NCBI GenBank assembly: GCA_005884005.1
Contig: VAWI01000014.1
Location: 6,649 to 70,648, forward strand
Source of the DNA: Actinomycetota bacterium
Lineage (GTDB): Bacteria; Actinomycetota; Thermoleophilia; Gaiellales; Gaiellaceae
DNA: 64,000 nt
Direction: 5' to 3'
Positions 34,569 through 43,976 of the stretch are shown here, piece after piece (position 1 is the first letter of the stretch; every line of letters starts with the position of its first letter). The translations under genes were made by a program, and so were the position numbers. The notes below the pieces were generated by a model. That model ran no database searches. It was not told the origin of the DNA and worked only from the letters and a program-made list of their open reading frames with translations.

Positions 34569-35081
34569 ATGAGGCGTCTCGTCTGGATCACCGTGCTTGC
34601 GATCGTCCTTGCGGCTCCGGCGGCCGGCTTCGCACTGGGCGGCGACAACGACGGCACCTTCTCGGTCAAGGCGGGCGTCGGCAAGGTTTACGTCAACTTC
34701 AACGGCTCCGCTGTCGGCCGGCTGCAGCGCGGCTTCATCCAGGTGACGGATGTGATCGCGGGCGATGGGGTCGGTTTCGAGTTCTCGAATTGCGATGTGG
34801 AGAGAGACAAGAGCGACACGACTACGAATCGGAACGACACGATCAAGATCTGCCGCGGCGCCAACGTCCGTTTTCGCGCGATCGGCAGCAAGTACCAGAT
34901 CCTGATCAGGGGATCCGGCATCTACCTCTCCGCAGTCGGGCATGGCTTCGCCGTCCTCAACGGAGCCGGTGACGATCCGAGCGTCGACTCCGACGGCACG
35001 TACTCGCTGAACGACTTGCCTTACAGGTCCTTGCCCGACTTCGCGACGACGCTCACCCTCGCCGCGCCCTCAGTAGGGTAA
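34569..35081 (+). CDS. secreted hypothetical protein
   Basis: Signal peptide MRRLVWITVLAIVLAAPAAGFA. Beta-rich 170-aa product; no family recognised. Confidence 0.55.
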   Translation: MRRLVWITVLAIVLAAPAAGFALGGDNDGTFSVKAGVGKVYVNFNGSAVGRLQRGFIQVTDVIAGDGVGFEFSNCDVERDKSDTTTNRNDTIKICRGANVRFRAIGSKYQILIRGSGIYLSAVGHGFAVLNGAGDDPSVDSDGTYSLNDLPYRSLPDFATTLTLAAPSVG

Positions 35082-35101
35082 TCCGGTGGGATACTGAGGC
35101 C

Positions 35102-35809
35102 GTGGCTATGTCGCAGGCCCAGACTGTGCTGGTGGTCGAGGACGAGGTCTCGATTGCATCCTTCATCTCGCTTTATCTGAAGAACGCGGGCTACCGGGTC
35201 AAGGCGGTGGGCTCCGGCGGGGACGCCCTGGCGCAGCTAGAGGTGGAACAGCCCGCGCTGATCATCCTCGACCTGATGCTTCCGGACATGGACGGGATGG
35301 ATGTCTGCCGTCGGATCCGGCAGCGCCGTGACATCCCGATCCTGATGCTGACAGCACGTGACGAGGACGTCGACAAGATCATCGGGCTCGAGGTCGGGGC
35401 CGACGACTACATGACCAAGCCCTTCAACCCGCGTGAGCTCGTCGCTCGGGTGAAGTCGATCCTGCGGCGGTCGACGCCGGCTCGTGCGAGATCTGAATCC
35501 GCGCAGATTCGCCACGGCGACCTCCATGTCGACTCCGGCCGCCGCGAGGTCCACGTCGGCGATGAGGAGATCCAGCTCGCGCCGAAGGAGTTCGATCTTC
35601 TCTGGGAGCTGCTCGACCACCGCGGTCTCGTGCTCACGCGCGACCAGCTGCTCGAGCGCGTCTGGGGCTACACCTTTGCCGGAGACACCCGCACGGTCGA
35701 TGTCCATGTTCGGCAGTTGCGCCGCAAGCTTGGCGACGCCTCGCCGGTCGTGACGGTCTGGGGGGTCGGCTACAAGGTCGCCCCCGCGCGGGATTCGGTG
35801 AACGCCTAG
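35102..35809 (+). CDS. OmpR/PhoB-family response regulator
   Basis: A canonical receiver (VLVVEDE, LIILDLMLPDMDG, LTAR, KPF) plus a winged-helix output domain (VWGVGYKV). Confidence 0.9.
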   Translation: MAMSQAQTVLVVEDEVSIASFISLYLKNAGYRVKAVGSGGDALAQLEVEQPALIILDLMLPDMDGMDVCRRIRQRRDIPILMLTARDEDVDKIIGLEVGADDYMTKPFNPRELVARVKSILRRSTPARARSESAQIRHGDLHVDSGRREVHVGDEEIQLAPKEFDLLWELLDHRGLVLTRDQLLERVWGYTFAGDTRTVDVHVRQLRRKLGDASPVVTVWGVGYKVAPARDSVNA

Positions 35810-35822
35810 CGAAGAGGCGAAC

Positions 35823-37214
35823 GTGTTCCGCTCGCTGCGCTTCCGGCTCCCGGCGCTCTTCCTCGCCGCGATCGTGCTCGCGGGCCTCGTCTCGACCGCG
35901 GTCGCGGTCAGCGTCTCGAAGCGCTATGCCCAGACCACGCTCCGGAAGCAGGCGTTCCGTGAGCTCGGTCGGGAGGCGCGCGGAATCACCCAGATCTACA
36001 CCGCGCACGCAGGTGGCAACCCACCTTCCTCGCACGAGCTCGAGAGCGCGTCCGGCGACCAGATCTTCTACATCCGTCGCGCGAAGGGCATCGACGTCTT
36101 CCCGGGTCCGACGCCCGCGTACACGCTTTTGCCGCGGTCGATTCTCGATTTCAGCCGGATCCTCGCGGGGGACACCGTTCAATTCGAATTCACTCGGCCG
36201 GGCGGCAAGAAGCGACTGCTTGGGTTCGCGATGCCGGTCAAACTCGCCGACAAGGTCTTCGGCGCGGTCATCCTGGCGCGACCGAGCACGCGTCTGAGCC
36301 AAGGCTGGCTGCCGTTCGTGTGGCGGCTGCTGCCGGCGTTCTTTGCGGGGATCCTGGTCGCCGGCGCACTCGGCTGGTATCTGTCGCGGCGAATCACGCG
36401 ACCCGTGCTCGCGCTCTCCGACGCGGCCGACGAGGTCGCGACTGGCCACTACGGCGTCGCCGTTCCGGAGGTGCCGGGCCGCGATGAGATCAGCCACCTC
36501 TCGGAGCGGTTCCGCGAGATGGCGGCGGAGCTCCAGGCAGCGGACGCGCTCGAGCGAAACTTCCTGATGACTGTCTCCCACGAGCTGCGAACGCCGCTGA
36601 CCGCGATCCGTGGCCACGTCGAGGCGCTGCTCGAGGGCGTGGTCGAGGACGAAGAGGCGCGCGCATACTCCCTCGAGGTGATCAGCCTCGAGGCCGAGCG
36701 CCTCGAGCGGCTCGTCGGTGACGTCCTTGACCTCGCCAAGCTCGGCACGCGCCGGTTTGCGCTGCTCCGCGAGGAGGTCGACCTGGAGCGGCTCGTCGAC
36801 CGCGCCTACTCCGCGTTCGGCGAAGAGGCGCGCCGTCGTGGGATCGACTACCGGCGCTCGGTCACGGCCAAGCCCGTCCTCGAGACCGACGGGGACCGCG
36901 TGCTGCAGGTGATCTCGAATCTGCTCGCGAATGCGTTTCGCTGGACACCGGACGGCGGCCACGTCGAACTCGGCCTGCGCCAAGTCGACGGAACGATTCG
37001 CATCGCCATCGATGACAGCGGGCCCGGCATCCCCCTGGAGGAGCAGGAGCGAATCTTCCGCCCGTTCTGGTCGCGGGACGGCCATGGCACCGGCCTCGGG
37101 CTCGCAATCGCGAGCGAGTTGGCTGCCGCGCTCGGCGGCGCAATCGAACTCCGAACCCAGGCCGGGAAGGGGAGTCGCTTCGAGCTGGTGCTGCCGGCGA
37201 GTCGGGCCGTTTAA
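35823..37214 (+). CDS. sensor histidine kinase (two TM helices, HAMP, HisKA, HATPase)
   Basis: H-box FLMTVSHELRTPLTAI, N box NLLANAFRWTP, and G boxes DDSGPGIP and GTGLGLAIASELAAALGG. It lies immediately downstream of the regulator. Confidence 0.9.
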   Translation: MFRSLRFRLPALFLAAIVLAGLVSTAVAVSVSKRYAQTTLRKQAFRELGREARGITQIYTAHAGGNPPSSHELESASGDQIFYIRRAKGIDVFPGPTPAYTLLPRSILDFSRILAGDTVQFEFTRPGGKKRLLGFAMPVKLADKVFGAVILARPSTRLSQGWLPFVWRLLPAFFAGILVAGALGWYLSRRITRPVLALSDAADEVATGHYGVAVPEVPGRDEISHLSERFREMAAELQAADALERNFLMTVSHELRTPLTAIRGHVEALLEGVVEDEEARAYSLEVISLEAERLERLVGDVLDLAKLGTRRFALLREEVDLERLVDRAYSAFGEEARRRGIDYRRSVTAKPVLETDGDRVLQVISNLLANAFRWTPDGGHVELGLRQVDGTIRIAIDDSGPGIPLEEQERIFRPFWSRDGHGTGLGLAIASELAAALGGAIELRTQAGKGSRFELVLPASRAV

Positions 37215-37660
37215 GTGCCGGAGCGGCGGTCTTCGATCCGGTAGACGATCGCGCCTTCGTCCGCCCCGAGCGCCCGTTCGAGGCGGGCGAGTCGTTCGTC
37301 GACACCCTGCCAACCCGAAACGATGAGATCGACCAGGAGCGCAAGGTCGTCCACGCGTGCGTGCCGCTCTGCGAGCAGGTCTCCGTCCAGCCGCTCGAGG
37401 CGCCGGACGACATTTGCGGATAGGCCACGTACCTCCGCGAGATGCTTCGCGACCGGCAGCACTTCCTGGCGGAGGCCGGTCTCGACGGCCTCGCCGACTC
37501 GGTCCGGAAGCGTCGCCTCGAGCTGCGCGGTCATCTCGGCGAGGGATTCGACCTGGCTCCGGGCTCGCTCGAGCGCGGCCTCTACGACCGCGGGATCCGT
37601 TCTTCCTTCGGCGGCTTGCCGCAGGCGCTCGTTCGCCCGCTCGATCGCGACTGGATTCAT
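37211..37660 (-). CDS. hypothetical helical protein
   Basis: I prefer ATG 37660 (MNPVAIERANERL). The charged alpha-helical sequence matches no recognised family. It shares a TTAA double-stop with the convergent kinase gene. Confidence 0.5.
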   Translation of the reverse strand: MNPVAIERANERLRQAAEGRTDPAVVEAALERARSQVESLAEMTAQLEATLPDRVGEAVETGLRQEVLPVAKHLAEVRGLSANVVRRLERLDGDLLAERHARVDDLALLVDLIVSGWQGVDERLARLERALGADEGAIVYRIEDRRSGT

Positions 37661-37687
37661 GCCCCGCAACGCTAGCGTTCGGATCGG

Positions 37688-38620
37688 ATGAGGCTTTCCG
37701 AGCTCGACTATGCGCTACCCACCGAGCTGATCGCGCAGCGCCCCCTTGACCAACGCGATCACTCGCGGCTGCTCGTCTACGAGCGCGCAACAGGAGAGGT
37801 TCGCCACCGGCGCTTCTCGGAGCTGCCCGACGAGCTCGACCCGGACGAGCTCGCCGTTGTCAACGACACCCGGGTGCTTCCGGCGCGGATCCGGATCGAG
37901 CGGCCGCGCGGCGAGGTCCTGCTCCTCGAAAAAACCGGCGACGGGCTCTGGCAAGGACTCGCGCGACCGACGAAACGGCTCCGGGTGGGCAGGCACTACG
38001 GCCCGGTTGAGCTGGTCGAGCACCTCGGGGAAGGTCGCTGGCTGCTGCGCCTCGAGGGCGAGCCCGCCGGGGAGATGCCTTTGCCGCCCTACATCACCGA
38101 GGCGCTCGAAGATCCCGAGCGCTACCAGACCGTCTACGCGCAGGAGGAGGGGTCGGCCGCCGCGCCGACGGCGGGTCTTCATTTCACGCCCGAGCTGCTG
38201 GCCAGGCTGGACGTGGAGCGCGTGACGCTCCACGTGGGACTCGACACCTTCCGGCCCGTCACCGCCGATGATCTCGAGCGGCACGAGCTCCACAGCGAGC
38301 GCTACGAGGTGGGGCCGGCCGCCTGGGAGCGGATTCGCGCGGCGCCGCGCGTCCTGGCCGTCGGTACGACCACGGTCCGGGTGCTCGAATCGCTCGCGCG
38401 GGGCGCGCCGCTTCGAGGCCGCACCGATCTCTTCGTCAGGCCCGGCTTCGAGTTCGGCCGGGTCGACTCGCTCCTGACGAACTTCCACCTGCCGCGCTCG
38501 ACGCTGCTCGCGTTGGTGATGGCGTTCTGCGGGGTCGAGGAGACGCGTCGGCTCTACCGGCTCGCGGTCGACGAGCGGTACCGCTTCTACTCCTTCGGCG
38601 ACGCAATGCTAATCCGGTGA
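37688..38620 (+). CDS. queA: S-adenosylmethionine:tRNA ribosyltransferase-isomerase
   Basis: The start MRLSELDYALPTELIAQRPL..RDHSRLLV plus GSAAAPTAGLHFT and TNFHLPRSTLL. Confidence 0.95.
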   Translation: MRLSELDYALPTELIAQRPLDQRDHSRLLVYERATGEVRHRRFSELPDELDPDELAVVNDTRVLPARIRIERPRGEVLLLEKTGDGLWQGLARPTKRLRVGRHYGPVELVEHLGEGRWLLRLEGEPAGEMPLPPYITEALEDPERYQTVYAQEEGSAAAPTAGLHFTPELLARLDVERVTLHVGLDTFRPVTADDLERHELHSERYEVGPAAWERIRAAPRVLAVGTTTVRVLESLARGAPLRGRTDLFVRPGFEFGRVDSLLTNFHLPRSTLLALVMAFCGVEETRRLYRLAVDERYRFYSFGDAMLIR

Positions 38621-38642
38621 AAGTGCTGCGCACTTTCACCGG
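38614..38642 (+). terminator. perfect 13-bp-stem/3-nt-loop hairpin CCGGTGAAAGTGC-TGC-GCACTTTCACCGG overlapping the queA stop
   Basis: Read from the sequence. It is followed by GGCTCTTTTG. Member of the GAAAGTGC-N3-GCACTTTC family. Confidence 0.5.
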
Positions 38643-38675
38643 GGCTCTTTTGTCCCATCGCTCCGCTCGGGAGAG

Positions 38676-39809
38676 ATGAGTTACCGGGTCACTGCATCGG
38701 ACGGAACCGCTAGGGCCGGGGTGCTGTCGACCGCGCATGGGGAGGTGCCCACGCCGGCGTTCATGCCCGTCGGGACGAAGGCGACTGTGAAGAGCGTCGA
38801 CCCCGACGAGCTGCTCGCGCTCGGCGCGACGGTCGTGCTCGGCAACAGCTACCACCTCCACTTTCGCCCCGGCGCCGATGTGATCGCCGAGCTCGGCGGT
38901 CTGCATCGGTTCATGGCCTGGGACGGCCCGGTCCTGACCGACTCGGGCGGCTTCCAGGTCTTTTCGCTCCGTCACACGATCCTCGGCGCCGACGACGACG
39001 GCGTCACGTTCCGCTCCGTCTACGACGGCGAAGCCGCGCGCTTCACCCCGGAGTCGGTCTCGCGGATCCAGGCCCGGCTCGGCTCCGACATCGCGATGTG
39101 CCTCGACGCAGTGCCGCCCGCCGACGCTCCGGCTCAGGCGCTGGAGGAAGCCGTACGCCTGACGACCCTCTGGGCTGCGCGCCAGCGGTCGGCGGAGCGG
39201 GCGCCCGGCCAGCTCCTGTTCGGGATCGCCCAGGGCGGGACAGACGTCGAGCTGCGCACCCGCTCCATCGACGAGATCACGGCGCTCGACTTCGACGGCT
39301 ATGCGCTCGGCGGGCTCGCGATCGGCGAGGACCGCGACCTGATGTTCGAGACCGTCGGTTGGTCTGCGCCGCTGCTGCCGGCGGTTCACGCCCGCTACTT
39401 CATGGGAATCGGCGACCCTCACGGCGTGCTCGAGGTGATCGAGCGGGGAATCGACATGTTCGACTGCGTGCTGCCGACCCGGCTCGGACGGACCGGCTCC
39501 GCGCTGACCTGGGAAGGCCGGCTCAACCTCAAGAACGCACGCTATGCGCGCGACCAAGCGCCGCTGCAAGAGGACTGCGGCTGCCCGGCGTGCACACGCT
39601 TCTCGCGTGCCTACATCCGGCATCTCGTCAATCAGCAGGAGTTGCTCGGTCACCGCCTGTTGAGCTTGCACAATCTACGATTCCTGCTCGACTTGACGGC
39701 GGACGCGAGAGCGGCGATCGAACAGGGCGAGTTCGCCGCCTACAAGCGCGACGCGCTCGAGCGTCTGGGTACCGTGCCCGATGAGGAAACGTGGGTCCCG
39801 GCTACCTGA
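38676..39809 (+). CDS. tgt: tRNA-guanine transglycosylase
   Basis: The blocks TPAFMPVGT, LTDSGGFQV, GGLAIGE, DCVLPTR and the zinc motif CGCPAC....YIRHL. Confidence 0.95.
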   Translation: MSYRVTASDGTARAGVLSTAHGEVPTPAFMPVGTKATVKSVDPDELLALGATVVLGNSYHLHFRPGADVIAELGGLHRFMAWDGPVLTDSGGFQVFSLRHTILGADDDGVTFRSVYDGEAARFTPESVSRIQARLGSDIAMCLDAVPPADAPAQALEEAVRLTTLWAARQRSAERAPGQLLFGIAQGGTDVELRTRSIDEITALDFDGYALGGLAIGEDRDLMFETVGWSAPLLPAVHARYFMGIGDPHGVLEVIERGIDMFDCVLPTRLGRTGSALTWEGRLNLKNARYARDQAPLQEDCGCPACTRFSRAYIRHLVNQQELLGHRLLSLHNLRFLLDLTADARAAIEQGEFAAYKRDALERLGTVPDEETWVPAT

Positions 39810-40096
39810 TCGTGATCGTGGCACTCTTCGCACTTCTGTGGCTGTTCGTGCTGCGTCCGCAGCGTCGCCGCCAGACGGAGCAGCTGCAGATGCAGGACAC
39901 CCTCCACGTCGGCGACGAGGTGATCACCGCCGGCGGCATCCGCGGCTACGTACGGCAGCTCGACGAAGAAGTGCTGAAGGTCGAGATCGCTCCCGGCGTG
40001 CAGGTTCGACTCGACCGCCGGGCCGTCGCTGCGGTGGTGACCGAGGAGGACGTCGAGCCGCAGGCGCCAACCCAGGACGAGAGTGGCGAAAGCTAA
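39791..40096 (+). CDS. yajC: preprotein translocase subunit YajC
   Basis: A TM helix followed by LRPQRRR...LHVGDEVITAGGIRGYV, located between tgt and secDF. Confidence 0.85.
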   Translation: MGPGYLIVIVALFALLWLFVLRPQRRRQTEQLQMQDTLHVGDEVITAGGIRGYVRQLDEEVLKVEIAPGVQVRLDRRAVAAVVTEEDVEPQAPTQDESGES

Positions 40097-40114
40097 GCTT
40101 CCAGCCCTGCGCGG

Positions 40115-42949
40115 ATGACGAACCGCCGTTCGCACCTAATCCTTGTCGGCCTGATCCTCGCCGCTCTGGCGGGAGTGGTTGCGCTCGCCGTTCCGGGGTC
40201 GCCGGTCCACAAGAAGGTGACGCTCGGTCTCGACCTTCAGGGCGGCCTTGAGGTCGTTCTCAAAGCCAATCCGGCCAAAGGACAGAAGCTGGACCCTGCG
40301 GCCCTCGACCGCTCGGTCTCGATCATGCGCCAGCGGGTCGACAAGCTCGGCGTCTCAGAGCCCGAGATCCGCAAACAGGGCTCGAACCAGATCGTGATCG
40401 AGCTCGCGGGAGTCCATGATCCCGCGAAGGCCGCGTCGATCATCGGCAAGACCGCTCAGCTCGAGCTCTACGACCTCGAGACGTCCCTGACAGGCCCCTC
40501 GGTGACCCCGACCGGGAACCCGCAGGAGACGCTCAGTCTCGACAAGCTCCTCGCGAACGTCCAGTCGGAGGCGAAGAAGGGCCAGCCTGAGGGGTACTAC
40601 GCGTTCGGCAAGAACAAGCAGAAGTCGGTCGGCCTGGCGACGACGCGCGCTGCGGCGCTGAAGCAGGCGAAGCAGGCGCACCTCAAGCCGCCGTTCACGG
40701 CGCTCGCCGTCCCGCACGACACCGTGGTCATCACGTGCGACTCGACCGAAGTCGTCTGCCCCGGAAACCTCCCGCAGCAAGGGAATGCGATCCCACCGCC
40801 TCCCAAGGGCAAGAGGTACTTCTACCTCTTCACCCACAACCAGAACAAGACGGTCGTGGACGACATCAAGGGCGTCCCGCAGATGACGGGATCCGATCTC
40901 AAGCTCTCCGGGACGCGGCAGGACTTCGACCCAACCACGAACGAGCCGGTTGTGCTGATGCAGTTCACGGGCTCCGGGTCGCACAAGTTCCAGGCCGTGA
41001 CCGCCGAGGAGTACAACCGCGGCCACAACCGAAACGGCATCCCGCAGCACTTCGCGATCGTCCTGGACGGCGAGATCAGGTCGTTCCCGCAGATCGACCC
41101 GACGAAGTCCGACCTCGCGGGCGGGATCAGCGGCAACGCCGAGATCTCCGGCATCGGCTCGATCGGCGAGGCGAAGGACCTCGCCCTCGTGCTGCAGACG
41201 GGTGCTCTGCCGGTCAACTTCGTCCAGATCGAGCGCACCGACGTCTCGGCGACACTCGGCAAGGACTCCCTGAACCAGGCCAAGACGGCGGCGCTGATCG
41301 GCCTGTTGCTCGTGGCGATCTTCCTGCTCGTGCTCTACCGGTTCCTCGGGCTCGTCGCCGTGATCGGACTCGGCATCTACGCGGCCTTCCTCTACGCCGC
41401 GATCCTGCTTTTCCACGTGACCATGACGCTGCCGGGCTTCGCGGGACTGATCCTGACGATCGGAGTCGCCGCCGATGCGAATGTCGTCGTCTTCGAACGG
41501 ATCAAGGAAGAAGTGCGCGCCGGGAAGTCCGTGCGCGCGGCGATAGCCGCCGGCTACGCCAAGGGCTTTCACACGATCATCGACGCGAACGTCGTCACCG
41601 TGATCACGGCGCTGGTTCTGTTCGCGGTCGCGACAGCGGGCGTCAAGGGCTTCGCCCTGATGCTGATGATCGGGACGGTGATCTCGCTGACGGTGATCTC
41701 GCTGGTGACTGCGGTCGCTGCGACCCGGGCGATGCTCGGCCTTCTCTCCGGCTTCTCATGGTTCGACAACCCGCGCTTCATGGGAGCGGCCGGGCAGCAG
41801 TCGGCGAAATGGCTGCAGATCGACTTCATGCGCCGGCGCCACCTCTGGTTTGCGATCTCCGGGGTGATCATCGTCGTTGGCGCCGTCTCGCTCGGAGTCC
41901 GAGGCCTCAACCTCGGAATCGATTTCAAGGGCGGCACGCAGGTGACGTTCAAGACCCCGAAGCCGGTCTCGCTCACCGACGTTCGCACCCAAGCGAAGGA
42001 CATCGGTCAGAACGACGCCGTCATCCAGGGCCGGGGGAAGACCTTCGGCAGCGACAGCTACGAGAACTTCCAGATGCGGATGAAGTCGCTGACGTCTGCG
42101 AATCAGAACAAGCTCGACCAGGATTTGCAGTCTCGCTTCCACGCCGCCAATCGTCAGATCACGAACGTGTCTTCGAGCTTCGGCCGCCAGATCGCGCGCT
42201 CGGCGATCGTCGCGGTCCTCGTCTCGCTGTTGCTGATCGTGCTCTACATCGCGGTCAGGTTCGACCTCAAGTTCGCGGGGCCGGTGATCGTCGCGCTGCT
42301 GCACGACATCGTGATCACGGTCGGCGTCTACTCCCTGACCGGGCGAGAGGTGTCGAATGCAACGGTCGCCGCGGTCTTGACGGTGCTCGGCTACTCGATC
42401 TACGACACGATCATCATCTTCGACCGTATGCGGGAGAACATCCCGCTGATGCGTCGCTCGGCGTTCGCGACGATCGCCAACGTCTCACTCTGGGAGACGA
42501 TCCGCCGCTCATTGGCGACGACGTTCATCACCCTCCTGCCGATCGGGGCGCTCCTGATCTTCGGCGGCGCGACGCTGAAGGACTTCGCGTTCGCGCTGAT
42601 CGTCGGCATCGCCTCGGGCGCGTACTCGTCGATCTTCATCGCCGCGCCGCTACTGACGATCCTGAAGGAACGCGAGCCTGAGTTTGCGCGGCGCAAAGGC
42701 ATCGACGAGCCCGAAGGTCCCGAGCCGGATGGCGGGACTCCCGCTCGCCGCCGGCGGCAGCGACCTTGGGGCGGTGCACCGGCCACCGATCCGGGGACGG
42801 TCGTGCTCGAAGAAGCCGAGCAGGCAGCCGCGGCCGAGCCGACCCCCTCGCTGGACGAGCTCGTACCGAGTCCAGCAGCTTCGGCCGAAGCGAAGCGAGA
42901 GCGCCGTCGGCAGCGGCGTCGTGCGCGTCCGCATGGCAGAACTCGCTGA
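40115..42949 (+). CDS. secDF: fused protein translocase subunits SecD-SecF
   Basis: 944 aa containing SecD (LGLDLQGG, periplasmic domain, six TM helices) followed by SecF (GIDFKGGT, six TM helices). Confidence 0.9.
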   Translation: MTNRRSHLILVGLILAALAGVVALAVPGSPVHKKVTLGLDLQGGLEVVLKANPAKGQKLDPAALDRSVSIMRQRVDKLGVSEPEIRKQGSNQIVIELAGVHDPAKAASIIGKTAQLELYDLETSLTGPSVTPTGNPQETLSLDKLLANVQSEAKKGQPEGYYAFGKNKQKSVGLATTRAAALKQAKQAHLKPPFTALAVPHDTVVITCDSTEVVCPGNLPQQGNAIPPPPKGKRYFYLFTHNQNKTVVDDIKGVPQMTGSDLKLSGTRQDFDPTTNEPVVLMQFTGSGSHKFQAVTAEEYNRGHNRNGIPQHFAIVLDGEIRSFPQIDPTKSDLAGGISGNAEISGIGSIGEAKDLALVLQTGALPVNFVQIERTDVSATLGKDSLNQAKTAALIGLLLVAIFLLVLYRFLGLVAVIGLGIYAAFLYAAILLFHVTMTLPGFAGLILTIGVAADANVVVFERIKEEVRAGKSVRAAIAAGYAKGFHTIIDANVVTVITALVLFAVATAGVKGFALMLMIGTVISLTVISLVTAVAATRAMLGLLSGFSWFDNPRFMGAAGQQSAKWLQIDFMRRRHLWFAISGVIIVVGAVSLGVRGLNLGIDFKGGTQVTFKTPKPVSLTDVRTQAKDIGQNDAVIQGRGKTFGSDSYENFQMRMKSLTSANQNKLDQDLQSRFHAANRQITNVSSSFGRQIARSAIVAVLVSLLLIVLYIAVRFDLKFAGPVIVALLHDIVITVGVYSLTGREVSNATVAAVLTVLGYSIYDTIIIFDRMRENIPLMRRSAFATIANVSLWETIRRSLATTFITLLPIGALLIFGGATLKDFAFALIVGIASGAYSSIFIAAPLLTILKEREPEFARRKGIDEPEGPEPDGGTPARRRRQRPWGGAPATDPGTVVLEEAEQAAAAEPTPSLDELVPSPAASAEAKRERRRQRRRARPHGRTR

Positions 42950-43262
42950 CGGCGGCCGCGGCGGCGAAGCCGGCGCGGCCTCTGAGCGGCGTCATAAAGG
43001 ACCGGCTTCGAAGCTCGCCGACGTGCTCCAGCGGCTCGGGCGCGAGGAGGCCAAGGGCCTTGCCGACGAGCTCCTGGCGCTCTGGCGTGGCGACTCCAGT
43101 GTCGGCGACCGCGCCGCCGCCCGGTTAGCCGGGATCTTCCGAGAGGTCGGGCTCGTGACCCGCGAGGAGCTCGACGAGGCCGGGCTCAAGATCGCTCAGC
43201 TGGAGCACCGGTTGCGGCTGCTCGAGGAGGGCCGGCCGCCGCTTTCGCCACCGGCGCCGTGA
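42933..43262 (+). CDS. small hypothetical coiled-coil protein
   Basis: ATG 42933 (MAELADGG...). The stretch GLVTREELDEAGLKIAQLEHRLRLLE faintly resembles UbiK/phasin-like helices. GTGA overlap with plsC. Confidence 0.45.
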   Translation: MAELADGGRGGEAGAASERRHKGPASKLADVLQRLGREEAKGLADELLALWRGDSSVGDRAAARLAGIFREVGLVTREELDEAGLKIAQLEHRLRLLEEGRPPLSPPAP

Positions 43263-43972
43263 GAGCGCCGCTGACGCGGCTCGGCCTGCCGAAGCTCTGG
43301 CACGAGGACCGGAAGCGGCTCTGGCGCTTCGCCAGGCACACCGTCGTCCCGGTGACGCTCCGGCTCGCGCCGACCGCCGCCTACGGTGTCGACCGGATCC
43401 CGCGCGACCGCGGCTGCGTTCTTGCGGCCAACCATTTCTCGGGCATCGACCATCCGCTGATCGGCGCCTTCGTCCCCGGGATCACGTACTTCCTCGCGAA
43501 GTCGGAGCTGTTCGAGATTCCGGTGCTCGGGGAGGCCCTTGCTTGGATGGGCGTGATCTCGATCCGCCGGGGCGAGAGCGACCGCGACGCGCTTCGCCTG
43601 GCCCGTGAGCACGTGCGCAACGGAGACGTCGTCTGCGTGCACATCGAAGGGACGCGGCAGCGGCTCGGCTACCCGGGCCCGATCCAGAGCGGTGGATTGA
43701 TGATCGCAATGCAGGAGGGCGCGCCCGTTGTTCCGCTCGGCCTCGACACGTTCGGCTGGTCGCCGAGGAACCGGCGCGCGTGTGCGCTCGTCTTCGGTGA
43801 GCCGATCGCGCTCGACCACCTGCCGCGGAATCGCCGTGGCTACGAGGAGGCCGGAGCGCTCGTCCGCCAAGAGATGGTGCGGCTCTGGCGGCTGGCCGCA
43901 GAAGCGGCCGCCGCGGGACTGCCCCCGGAACTGCCGGACGGGACGCTGCGTAACGGGCCCGTGTCAGACTGA
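43259..43972 (+). CDS. plsC: 1-acyl-sn-glycerol-3-phosphate acyltransferase family protein
   Basis: The HX4D motif (NHFSGID) and the downstream VHIEGTR block. Confidence 0.8.
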   Translation: MRAPLTRLGLPKLWHEDRKRLWRFARHTVVPVTLRLAPTAAYGVDRIPRDRGCVLAANHFSGIDHPLIGAFVPGITYFLAKSELFEIPVLGEALAWMGVISIRRGESDRDALRLAREHVRNGDVVCVHIEGTRQRLGYPGPIQSGGLMIAMQEGAPVVPLGLDTFGWSPRNRRACALVFGEPIALDHLPRNRRGYEEAGALVRQEMVRLWRLAAEAAAAGLPPELPDGTLRNGPVSD

Positions 43973-43976
43973 TCTC

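Noticed and set aside
35634-37790. Very long ORFs in the track that lie antisense to recognisable genes. Examples are 35634-37790 (718 aa), 43482-45710 (742 aa), 1105-2382, 3858-5351, 6458-7765, 54050-55603 and 62245-63759.
   Set aside because: They are Arg/Ala/Pro/Gly-rich and of low complexity. They mirror genes with clear family motifs on the other strand. They are the expected stop-free shadow frames of DNA at about 70% GC.
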